Source: Candidatus Omnitrophota bacterium
GTDB lineage: Bacteria; Omnitrophota; Gorgyraeia; Gygaellales; Profunditerraquicolaceae
NCBI GenBank assembly: GCA_043800555.1
Contig: JAZDMX010000026.1
Location: 1-62,280 of the forward strand
Length of the DNA: 62,280 bases
Reading direction: 5' to 3'
Part shown: positions 1-7,248 of the stretch, piece by piece
Layout of the letters: each line of letters begins with the position of its first letter
Numbering within the stretch: position 1 is the first letter of the stretch
The notes under the pieces: model-generated
What the model saw: the letters and a program-made list of their open reading frames with translations, nothing else
Told to the model about the DNA's origin: nothing
Databases searched by the model: none
Position numbers and translations under genes: made by a program

Positions 1-123
1 TTGGGGGCGTTAATTGGGGCGTTTTGGTCAAATTGGTGCGTTTTATATTTTTGTGGCTTTCCCAAAAACAAATTTAAAAACGCCCCATTTTACCCGCCCC
101 CATTTTCCCGCCCCTTTTCCGCG
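1..123. repeat. Iteron-like inverted repeat array: three direct copies of TTGG(G/T)GCGTT (1-11, 14-23, 33-42) face three opposite-strand copies (plus strand reads CGCCCC(C)ATTTT at about 81-91, 96-106, 110-118) across an AT-rich ~35-bp spacer
   Basis: Read directly from the sequence. Both arms share a GGGGCG core in opposite orientation. The array touches the window start, so it may be truncated. Confidence 0.6.
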
Positions 124-190
124 AAATCCTGGGCTACTGCCGAAAATCGGCGATATTTGAAGCAACCGGTATGTTTCTTTAGGTTTATCC

Positions 191-295
191 TTAAGCCGGC
201 ATGCCCAAATATAGCCTGATAGCCTGAATAAAGCTGACCGGCTTTCGGTGGTGCCTCTTTGTCTTACGCATAATTTTACGATGCATACGCCTCAT
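191..295 (-). CDS. Candidate 34-aa highly basic mini-protein (MRRMHRKIMRKTKRHHRKPVSFIQAIRLYLGMPA)
   Basis: Hand translation of the minus strand. The ATG is preceded by GGGGAGGT with a 4-nt spacing. The ORF is below the 60-aa cutoff of the ORF track. I recognise no homolog. Confidence 0.25.
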   Translation of the reverse strand: MRRMHRKIMRKTKRHHRKPVSFIQAIRLYLGMPA

Positions 296-361
296 TTTAC
301 CTCCCCGTCTGCCCATAAGGCAAACTTATCTTTTTCCCCTCCTCCAGGGACCCCTCTATAT

Positions 362-390
362 ATAATACCCCCTAGCCTAGATATAAACAA
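362..390 (-). promoter_or_regulatory. Possible sigma70-type promoter (TTGTTT, 17-nt spacer, TATTAT) upstream of the mini-ORF
   Basis: Hexamers and spacing were read on the minus strand. The -35 element is weak. Confidence 0.25.
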
Positions 391-444
391 AAAACCCGGC
401 ATACCTGTCGGAACACACAGGCAAACCAGGCTTAGGCGACAACC

Positions 445-478
445 AAATAAAAAACCCTAAAAGGCTTTTTTAGGGTTT
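445..478 (-). terminator. Intrinsic terminator (minus-strand reading: AAACCCTAAAA loop TTTTAGGGTTT followed by TTTTTTATTTGG)
   Basis: An 11-bp perfect stem with a 5-nt loop and a U-rich tail on the minus strand. Confidence 0.6.
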
Positions 479-480
479 AT

Positions 481-668
481 CCCTTTGGCAACCCCGCTAC
501 CCCGCTTTTGGCGGGGCCGGAAGCTTTGCCCCTGCTCGTTAAGCACTTAGGCGCTTAACTTCGCAGGGCCCGCCAAAACTAAGCGCCATAAGCGCTCAGA
601 AAAGACGGGGCCCCAGCATTGCTGCTAGTTTGCCCTTTAACCAGGTCAAGCTACAATTTGTCAAAAAT
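481..668 (-). ncRNA. Candidate structured non-coding RNA or leader, unclassified
   Basis: About 190 nt bracketed by two minus-strand terminators. It is dense in nested inverted repeats: TTTTGGCGGGCC...GGCCCCGCCAAAA encloses CCTGC/GCAGG and GTTAAGC/GCTTAAC. There is an AGCGC-TTATG-GCGCT hairpin, and CCCCGC can pair with either of two tandem GCGGGG copies. No convincing ORF. Confidence 0.25.
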
Positions 669-705
669 CCGGCTTGGCTCACCATCCTTACCGGGCCAAG
701 CCGAG
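660..705 (-). terminator. Intrinsic terminator downstream of the CHAT-TPR gene
   Basis: Minus strand: CGGCTTGGC ... GCCAAGCCG, a 9-bp stem, followed by GATTTTTG. It lies about 50 nt after the stop codon at 757. Confidence 0.6.
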
Positions 706-756
706 TATCTGTATATCCACTTACAAAATAAGTATAACATATTTTCTAAGGCCTTG

Positions 757-2958
757 TCAAGACGGGCTGGTTAAGGCATCGATGCTTAAAATTTCTTCCT
801 TTACTTGCCGATAAGCTGAAAAATCGATTGCGCAATAAATTTCCTGGGCAAGGCGAAGGTATTCCTTGGCCTTATTCTTCTTCCCCGATTTTCTATAAAA
901 TAACCCCAGGTTGCGGAAGGCCGCGGCCAGCTCGGGTTGCAGCTGGATTTGTTTTGACAAATCAACGGCTTTTTTAAAACTCGCTTCGGCCTCGGCGTTC
1001 TTCTCCATCTCCATATAAAGCTCGCCGAGCATATTATAATCCGAGGCAAGGCTGAAATTATTGCCTTGCGCCTCATCGATTTTAAACCCAACCAAGTAGT
1101 AATCCAGGGCCTTCTGGTATTGTTTTTCGAATAGATACGCCTCTCCCAGGTTAAAATAGTAATCGCTGATTTCCTGCTTGGCATTCAATTTTTCCATGAT
1201 TAAGAGGCTCTTGCGGTAGAAATAGCGCGCCGAGTCAAAATCATTCTTGTCGCTAAAAAGCAGGCCGATATCAAAATAATCGCAAGCCAGGTTGTAGCGG
1301 TGTTCCTGCGAATATTGCCGTTCACGGTTGATTTCGGAACTTTTGGTCAAGAGCTCAAGCGCCAAATCGTATTCTTCTTTATCGATGTGCCAAACTGCCA
1401 GCCTGCGTATTGCTATGGCCTCATTGACTTTATCCCCATTCTTACGGGCTAAATCAAGCGCTTTATTATAGAAATCAAAGGCTTTGGGGTATTGGCCATC
1501 CGCCTGATAAAACCAGCCTATTTCAGCGTAACCGCCGCTTAAGCGTTTAAAATCATGCTTTTTCTCCGCTAAAAACGCATACTCAAAATAATATTTCAAG
1601 GCATTGGCCTTGTCTCCCATCCTGCGGTAAGAGGCGGCCAGGATCCGGTAAATATCGATCAATTTCGGGTCCTGCTTAATGACCCGATTGGCCAGGCGGA
1701 TAACCTCCCGGTTATTGCCTTGGGAAAATAACCGCCGCGATTTCAGGTATAAACCATAGGCATTCGGGTTAAGGGTTGGTAAAACCATGCCCAGGGATAA
1801 ACACGCCCCAAGGATAACCAAAGCAACCAAAGAGGGGACCAGCCATTTCTTGAATAATTTTATCTTATTCTTATATTTTATTATTTTAGCTCTTGGCTTG
1901 AACAGGGTAAAACCGGGATCTCCGTAAAGCAGGTAATTTGCCCAGTGCAGGGCCGTTATCCCGTATTCCTTAACCAGCTTAATCCTGGAGAGGCGGACGC
2001 TTTCGCCTACGCTTTTACCCAGGATCAGTTGATGATAGAATTCTTTCGCAAAATACAGGCCTGCGGGATCCTCAATCCTGCGGATTGCGCCGATGTAATG
2101 CCTTACTCCGGAAAATAAGAAAGCCCCGGCTATGGAATAATTCTTCTTTTGATAATCGCGCTCGACTGCCCCGGATAAACTGCTTCCTGCCGAATAACAC
2201 GCATTAGAAAATACCAGCGTGGGTAAAGGCCCGGCCTCGCCCATGCTCAGGATATCATAGATAGTAAGCCTTCCATCATCAAGCGCCCAACCGCTATTTT
2301 TTTGGTTGTGGGGATCGAATTCGCAATGGCCGGCAAAATGTATGATGTCATAATCGCAAATGTTTTTCTTCACATAGAGCCTGTTTATGCGGGTGGACTT
2401 AAAATCGGCATGGATCCCCGAATGCTTACGGTCAAACTGATTTTTGATATTTAACCCTTCCTGATAGGCGCATTTTAAATCGTTGGTAGGATTAGCTAAA
2501 ATCAGCATTTTAAGGGTATGCGCGCAGGCGCGGTATTGGAGGCGGACGCCCGGGTTCTTTGTCCTCACTAACCTTCCCATATTATATTTCAGGCATAAGA
2601 AATTAATGCCGTCATAGAGAAGTTCCCAAGGCACATCGATAAGCTCTTCGTCGATAACAAGCGCCAGGTTGGCTGATGGCGATACCCTTAACTGTTCTTT
2701 AGCCGGACGGCTAAAAATATGCTCCCAAAGGGCTTGGCCGGATTTCTGCAGGCCCTTTAACGCGAAAGAATCCTGGAGCCCGGATTTATTTAATACTGAG
2801 GCGATTTCCTGGGATAGGTTCTCAATTTCTTTGAAATTAACCTTATGCTGGCTATATTGTTTCAGGGTAGAGGCGCTGTCTTGCGGCGTAAATACGCTCA
2901 TCTTGAATAAATCGAGCTGCCGCATAATCTCTAAAACCAGGGTTTTTTCTTCCGGCAT
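757..2958 (-). CDS. CHAT-domain (caspase-like) peptidase with one transmembrane helix and a C-terminal TPR array
   Basis: 733-aa ORF. The N-terminal ~350 aa carry the CHAT hallmarks IIHFAGHCEF (His211), LVFSNACYSAG (Cys254) and WANYLLYGDP. The hydrophobic helix WLVPSLVALVILGACLSLGMVLP spans about aa 372-395. The C-terminal ~330 aa hold repeated TPR-like units such as A..YY..AL. and Y.KAL. Confidence 0.85.
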   Translation of the reverse strand: MPEEKTLVLEIMRQLDLFKMSVFTPQDSASTLKQYSQHKVNFKEIENLSQEIASVLNKSGLQDSFALKGLQKSGQALWEHIFSRPAKEQLRVSPSANLALVIDEELIDVPWELLYDGINFLCLKYNMGRLVRTKNPGVRLQYRACAHTLKMLILANPTNDLKCAYQEGLNIKNQFDRKHSGIHADFKSTRINRLYVKKNICDYDIIHFAGHCEFDPHNQKNSGWALDDGRLTIYDILSMGEAGPLPTLVFSNACYSAGSSLSGAVERDYQKKNYSIAGAFLFSGVRHYIGAIRRIEDPAGLYFAKEFYHQLILGKSVGESVRLSRIKLVKEYGITALHWANYLLYGDPGFTLFKPRAKIIKYKNKIKLFKKWLVPSLVALVILGACLSLGMVLPTLNPNAYGLYLKSRRLFSQGNNREVIRLANRVIKQDPKLIDIYRILAASYRRMGDKANALKYYFEYAFLAEKKHDFKRLSGGYAEIGWFYQADGQYPKAFDFYNKALDLARKNGDKVNEAIAIRRLAVWHIDKEEYDLALELLTKSSEINRERQYSQEHRYNLACDYFDIGLLFSDKNDFDSARYFYRKSLLIMEKLNAKQEISDYYFNLGEAYLFEKQYQKALDYYLVGFKIDEAQGNNFSLASDYNMLGELYMEMEKNAEAEASFKKAVDLSKQIQLQPELAAAFRNLGLFYRKSGKKNKAKEYLRLAQEIYCAIDFSAYRQVKEEILSIDALTSPS

Positions 2959-2963
2959 ATGGA

Positions 2964-3665
2964 TTAAGCCATAATTTCTAGAAATACCAAAGCAAGCCTT
3001 CCCTCCTGGCTAGTGGCCTCCAAAGTATATTTACCCGGTAAAACACGCTCAAAAGTAACCAAACCGGACTCGCTTAAATAGGATTCTAATTCCAGGCCAT
3101 CCCTGCTCAAAACTACCCTTAATCCTTTTAAAGCCCCTAAGCCTTGTTTGCGCCAAAGCCTAACCCAAGCATTAAAACACCCTTCCTTCTTATTCTCAAC
3201 TTTTAATTCCAAGCCTATGTCCTTAAAATCTTTTAATATGGTGACTTCATCTTCAAAATCTTTAATGTTACGGCTGCGCGCTAGCGGAGCAGCGACCAAT
3301 TCCTGGCCTATGAGTATATCCCCCGTGGAATTGATTATTTCAAGCATATTTTCTTTTAGCCTCAGGACCACTTCGAGAACGGGAAAATCCCGTTTTAAAT
3401 TAAATATTCTCCTTACCCTGTCAATTAGGCTTCCGGGCACCTCTTTTTGGCCGGCTGATCCGGCATTCAGGCTTAACGCCAGCGACTCCGCGCAGACCCG
3501 GCAATTAACCAGATGGTCCCTTGCCGATTCCATTTCCTTGTCCCCGAGTTTTCCTTCCAGAAAACAAGCCAAATCCTGCTCGTCAAGATGCGCTCCTTTG
3601 GGCCTTAAGCGCTTCTTGCGCCGTCCGTAAACCAGCTTAATTAAAGCCTCTATTTTGCCTTCCAT
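2964..3665 (-). CDS. Anti-sigma factor, zf-HC2 (ZAS) type, apparently soluble
   Basis: 233 aa. The N-terminus LACFLEGKL...DHLVNCRVCAE carries an HxxxCxxC motif (His51, Cys55, Cys58). I see no hydrophobic transmembrane segment. The C-terminus GLVTFERVLPGKYTLEA looks like a carboxypeptidase-regulatory-like beta-sandwich. The gene sits 37 nt after the sigma gene and 5 nt before the CHAT gene. Confidence 0.7.
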   Translation of the reverse strand: MEGKIEALIKLVYGRRKKRLRPKGAHLDEQDLACFLEGKLGDKEMESARDHLVNCRVCAESLALSLNAGSAGQKEVPGSLIDRVRRIFNLKRDFPVLEVVLRLKENMLEIINSTGDILIGQELVAAPLARSRNIKDFEDEVTILKDFKDIGLELKVENKKEGCFNAWVRLWRKQGLGALKGLRVVLSRDGLELESYLSESGLVTFERVLPGKYTLEATSQEGRLALVFLEIMA

Positions 3666-3702
3666 AGGGCAGTCCTCTCCTAGTATAATAGACGTTCTAA
3701 TC

Positions 3703-4311
3703 CTAAAAATCTAACTTAAGATTCTTTGCCTCAAAACAATCCCTTAACCTCTGTATGATCCTGGCTTTCTGCATATCAATAGCGCCGCGCGAAACCTTAA
3801 ATAGATCTTTTAAGGTTTCCAGCTTTATGCCGTGGTTAATATTCAATTCTATAAGCAGCTTGCTCTGGTTATTCAAGGCGCCTATGCAATCTTCCAGGCC
3901 CTTGAGCATCTCCTCCTGGTTGAGCAACTCGGGGATAGAGATTGAACCGTCGGCTAACGCGCCGCCAAGGCTTAAACCTTCCTCGTCTTGGGCATCAAGC
4001 GAAATTGCGTGCCTGCCTTTGCGCAAATGATCCAAGGTAAAATTTATGGCAACTTGCCTTAACCAACTGGCAAGGCTGCAGCCGTTTTTTGCCTTGAAGC
4101 TTTTTAATTTCTTGCAGTTGTCCTGGATTAGAAATACGAAGAAATCATGGAACAAGTCATCGCTGGAGTCCCGGGCCAAAGCAGGCCCGGATTTTGAATT
4201 TAATACGCTGCAGATGTATTTATATATAAGGCGGGAATAACGCTTTAAGAATTCATCCCGGGATTGGCCCTGCCCCCTGATGCATTGCTGGACGAAATCC
4301 AAATCATTCAC
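3703..4311 (-). CDS. ECF (group 4) sigma-70 family RNA polymerase sigma factor
   Basis: 202 aa. The N-terminal region-2-like stretch is DEFLKRYSRLIYKYI...FHDFFVFL. The C-terminal region-4 helix-turn-helix is LETLKDLFKVSRGAIDMQKARIIQRLR. The start codon is GTG. Confidence 0.8.
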   Translation of the reverse strand: MNDLDFVQQCIRGQGQSRDEFLKRYSRLIYKYICSVLNSKSGPALARDSSDDLFHDFFVFLIQDNCKKLKSFKAKNGCSLASWLRQVAINFTLDHLRKGRHAISLDAQDEEGLSLGGALADGSISIPELLNQEEMLKGLEDCIGALNNQSKLLIELNINHGIKLETLKDLFKVSRGAIDMQKARIIQRLRDCFEAKNLKLDF

Positions 4312-4368
4312 GCACCCAGTATATCACCCTTGCCTGTAAAAACAATAAAAAAAGCGCAAAAATGTAGA

Positions 4369-4437
4369 AAATAAAAGGGGACGTTTCTACTTTTCCCGCA
4401 CCTAAAGCCAGAAAAGTAGAAACGTCCCCTTTTATTT
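4369..4437. terminator. 27-bp perfect inverted repeat with a 15-nt loop; probable intrinsic (bidirectional) terminator after the TonB-like gene
   Basis: AAATAAAAGGGGACGTTTCTACTTTTC (4369-4395) pairs perfectly with GAAAAGTAGAAACGTCCCCTTTTATTT (4411-4437). It is T-rich on both sides. Confidence 0.6.
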
Positions 4438-4467
4438 CGGAAGCGTTCCCGTTTTAGTCCTCATTTT

Positions 4468-5154
4468 TCACTCGACTTCAAAGGAAATAACCACGTTAAA
4501 GGAAAGCTGGGAATAATCCAGCTCTTTAGGGAACCTCGGGAAAGGAGCGGCATTTCTCACGCTGGCTAAAGCAATCTCCTTTAAGTAATCCGCTGCCCGG
4601 GATTTTTCTTCAACCAGGCGGTAATCGTTTAGGTAGCCGGAACTTGAAATTATAAAAGTTACATAAACCTCTCCGGTATCGCTGCGGTTATAGTTTTGAT
4701 AAGCAGACCTGCGGATCTTCTCGCGCACCACCTGGTAATAACTTATATAAGAAGGGTTGCCGATTTTAGCCAAATCAACCTCCGGTAGCGTAACTTTCTT
4801 CCTAATGGCGATTATGTCCGGCTTAGCCAGCAATGGTTTATCAAAAGTCATTTCTTTACGCATAGTTTGCGTATTAACCTTGGGGAGAGAAGCCCTGTCT
4901 ATAAAAGGCGGCGGGTTTCTTTTTTCCAGGTTGATCTTGCGCGATAAATCCAATAAAGGCTGGCTGCTGGCGGGGCTGACAGCCTTTTTTAAAACCGGGC
5001 TGCTGGCTTTAGGCGCCTTAATATAGTTTACCTCCATATTCCTGGCTTTGGCCTGTGGAGAAAAAAACAAATACCCCGGATTCTGGGTAACAACGGCTAT
5101 ATGCGCGGCAAAAGAAACAAAAAACGCTATTTGCAAGGTTCGGTTAGATAGCAT
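4468..5154 (-). CDS. TonB-family energy transducer (N-terminal anchor, Pro-rich linker, TonB C-terminal domain)
   Basis: 228 aa. The anchor is LQIAFFVSFAAHIAVV. The linker is rich in P, K and S. The C-terminus GEVYVTFIISSSGYL...AAPFPRFP is typical of the TonB_C fold. Confidence 0.75.
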   Translation of the reverse strand: MLSNRTLQIAFFVSFAAHIAVVTQNPGYLFFSPQAKARNMEVNYIKAPKASSPVLKKAVSPASSQPLLDLSRKINLEKRNPPPFIDRASLPKVNTQTMRKEMTFDKPLLAKPDIIAIRKKVTLPEVDLAKIGNPSYISYYQVVREKIRRSAYQNYNRSDTGEVYVTFIISSSGYLNDYRLVEEKSRAADYLKEIALASVRNAAPFPRFPKELDYSQLSFNVVISFEVE

Positions 5155-5225
5155 GGTCTTATATTAACATAAATTCCCGTTTTTGGAACCAAATTCCAAA
5201 CCCGCATTGGAATTGGCGGTAATTC

Positions 5226-7079
5226 TTAAAATTCGGCTTTCAGGCCTCCGGTAATCGAAAACCCGGGCATAGGATAACCCTGCATAACCTGGTATTTACG
5301 GTTTAAGAGGTTATCTATATAGGCAAAACAAGTTAAACCGTGCCTGAATTTCCTGGATACGCTAAGGCCTAAAACAAAGAAACTTTTAACTTTATTATAA
5401 TTAGCGGCATCGACAAATCTTACGCCTGTAAATTGGCTCTTCAGTTCAACTGTCAATCCGTTATAGTCATGGTATCTTAAGGCCGCGTCAATTTTATTTT
5501 TCGGCTGGTAGACGAGATATTTATGAGTATCATCGTCCCTGGCCATTAAGTACGTATAATTAATATCCAAATCAAGGGCTTCCAGAATAAAGAACTTATT
5601 TTTGAATTCTATCCCGTCGATTACCGCAGTACTGACATTCTCCGGCTGCGTCATCATGGTAACCGGATTGTAAGACCATTGGATAAGCTGCTTGTAATCG
5701 CTGCGGAAATACGTCAGTCCCGCCGTAAAATATTTATTGATTTTCGTTTCCAAGCCTAGCTCTCCCGATACCCCTTTTTCAGGCTTAAGGTTAGGATTTC
5801 CAATCATACCATCGGCGCTCGGCCAATATAGATCATTAAACGTAGGGACACGGTATGAGCGGCTAATTAAACCGTGGAATTTGACCGCGTCATTTAACTT
5901 ATAAAGAAAATCCAGACTAGGGTTAACTTGCGTATCGAAATTGGAGTAATCGTCAAGCCGTGCGCTCAAATTGACAATAAGTTTCTTATCGAATAAATCG
6001 AAACAGTTTTCCAGATATCCGGAGGTTACGCTATATTCATGCTTGGCGGTAGCCGTACTGTCATTCATATTTCTAACGTGATCAAGCCCCCCCACTAATC
6101 TGTAAACATCAAACAGCTGCTTATTGGCTTGCAGGCCGAACCCCCTTACAGTAGTAGCATGGATATCTTTTTGATTAGCCGGGTTCCAGCCATCAGAAGA
6201 ATTCTCCAGGAATTCAAGACGATCATAATTCTGGTAAGCTTTAACAGAAATGCCGTCTTGCGCATCCGGTTTAAAATTCCAGTTAAAATCAAAATACTGC
6301 TTAAGCATGTTTTGTTTATCGTCTGTATCGGGCCAGTTAGTTGAACCCGGCACGCCCTCTCTGCTTTTATAAAACCCGGAATTTAAACTTACCTTGTTTT
6401 CGTTATTAATATCATACCCTAATTTAAGGTTACAATCTTTAGCGTTAAACTCGGAATTCTGACGAAACCCTGCGGAACTCTGGTATTCTCCACTGGCAAG
6501 AAAACTAAATTTCGATACCTTTGCGCCATAAAGCATGCGCTCCACATAAGTCCGGGCAGTGCCGAAACTGGAATAAAGCTCAGCCTTCTGACCTTCTTTC
6601 GGAGGCTGTTTGGTAATAATATTAACTACGCCTCCCATTGCCGAACTGCCATAAAGGCTTGAGCCCGGTCCATGCACGACTTCTACCCTGGCTATATTAT
6701 CTAAAGGGATAGTGGATAGATCTACCGTTCCATCTCTTGGGCTATTTATTGGCCGGCCATCCATCAAAACCAAAACCTGGGCGGAAGTTGAGCCGCGCAT
6801 TCTAATATTTGTATTCGCCCCCGGACCCCCATAATTACTCATTTCAACCGATGTAAGGCTTGTCAAGGCATCGGCTAAATCCTGCGCTCCGCTACTTTGG
6901 ATTTCTCCAGAAGTAACTACATCTACTACTCGGCCGACATCTCCGGAAGACTCTTCTATTCTTGAGGGGGTGACTACGATTTTGTCCAGGTCAATATCTT
7001 CTGCGCGGGCAACACTTGAGAGGGCTACTAACAGTAGTGCGGGTATAAGCGATTTCCCAAAAATATTTTTCATTATCAA
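5226..7079 (-). CDS. btuB: TonB-dependent outer-membrane receptor, BtuB-like (cobalamin/corrinoid uptake inferred from the upstream riboswitch)
   Basis: 617 aa. It has a signal peptide ending ARA-ED, a TonB box DKIVVTPSR, a plug motif, and the terminal barrel strand GGLKAEF ending in Phe. A cobalamin riboswitch sits directly upstream. Confidence 0.75.
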   Translation of the reverse strand: MIMKNIFGKSLIPALLLVALSSVARAEDIDLDKIVVTPSRIEESSGDVGRVVDVVTSGEIQSSGAQDLADALTSLTSVEMSNYGGPGANTNIRMRGSTSAQVLVLMDGRPINSPRDGTVDLSTIPLDNIARVEVVHGPGSSLYGSSAMGGVVNIITKQPPKEGQKAELYSSFGTARTYVERMLYGAKVSKFSFLASGEYQSSAGFRQNSEFNAKDCNLKLGYDINNENKVSLNSGFYKSREGVPGSTNWPDTDDKQNMLKQYFDFNWNFKPDAQDGISVKAYQNYDRLEFLENSSDGWNPANQKDIHATTVRGFGLQANKQLFDVYRLVGGLDHVRNMNDSTATAKHEYSVTSGYLENCFDLFDKKLIVNLSARLDDYSNFDTQVNPSLDFLYKLNDAVKFHGLISRSYRVPTFNDLYWPSADGMIGNPNLKPEKGVSGELGLETKINKYFTAGLTYFRSDYKQLIQWSYNPVTMMTQPENVSTAVIDGIEFKNKFFILEALDLDINYTYLMARDDDTHKYLVYQPKNKIDAALRYHDYNGLTVELKSQFTGVRFVDAANYNKVKSFFVLGLSVSRKFRHGLTCFAYIDNLLNRKYQVMQGYPMPGFSITGGLKAEF

Positions 7080-7094
7080 TTCCTTTCCTCTTCT

Positions 7095-7240
7095 CCGAAA
7101 GTACTTTCCGTGCCTGCCGTAAGGCAGGGCTGATAAATGATCGTCCGGGCTCTCACTATAAGAAGCTTAGTGTATACCGTTGCGGGACAGCGCCTGGGCT
7201 TTCACCAGGCCTTCCTCCATTTATCCGGTTGCCAGTCTTT
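7095..7240 (-). promoter_or_regulatory. Cobalamin (B12) riboswitch upstream of the BtuB-like receptor
   Basis: Minus strand reads GGAGGAAGGCCTGGTGAAAGCCCAGGCGCTGTCCCGCAACGGTA, which matches the conserved core. A divergent B12-box-like GAGCCCGGACGATC...GCCCTGCC and the hairpin CCTGCCTTACGGCAGG follow. Confidence 0.7.
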
Positions 7241-7248
7241 AAGAAGTT

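Noticed and set aside
1-460. Plus-strand ORFs at 1-219 (72 aa) and 248-460 (70 aa) from the ORF track
   Set aside because: Both are low-complexity, Pro/Phe-rich translations. The first is generated by the GGGGCG repeat array. Neither has a ribosome-binding site or a recognisable domain, and both run opposite to every real gene in the window.
481-668. Identification of the structured segment as tmRNA, RNase P RNA, SRP (4.5S) RNA or 6S RNA
   Set aside because: I found none of the hallmark motifs on either strand. There is no GGGGCUGA...UCCACCA frame with a tag ORF, no GAGGAAAGUCCGGGC, and no GGAAGCAGCC domain IV. ACCAGGTCAAG only superficially resembles the SRP motif.
4312-4335. Leaderless-type promoter for the ECF sigma gene (extended -10 TGATATACT, 6 nt upstream of the start)
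   Set aside because: The only in-frame start is GTG rather than ATG, there is no usable -35 element, and no ECF-type GAAC...CGT autoregulatory motif is visible. The evidence is too weak to annotate.
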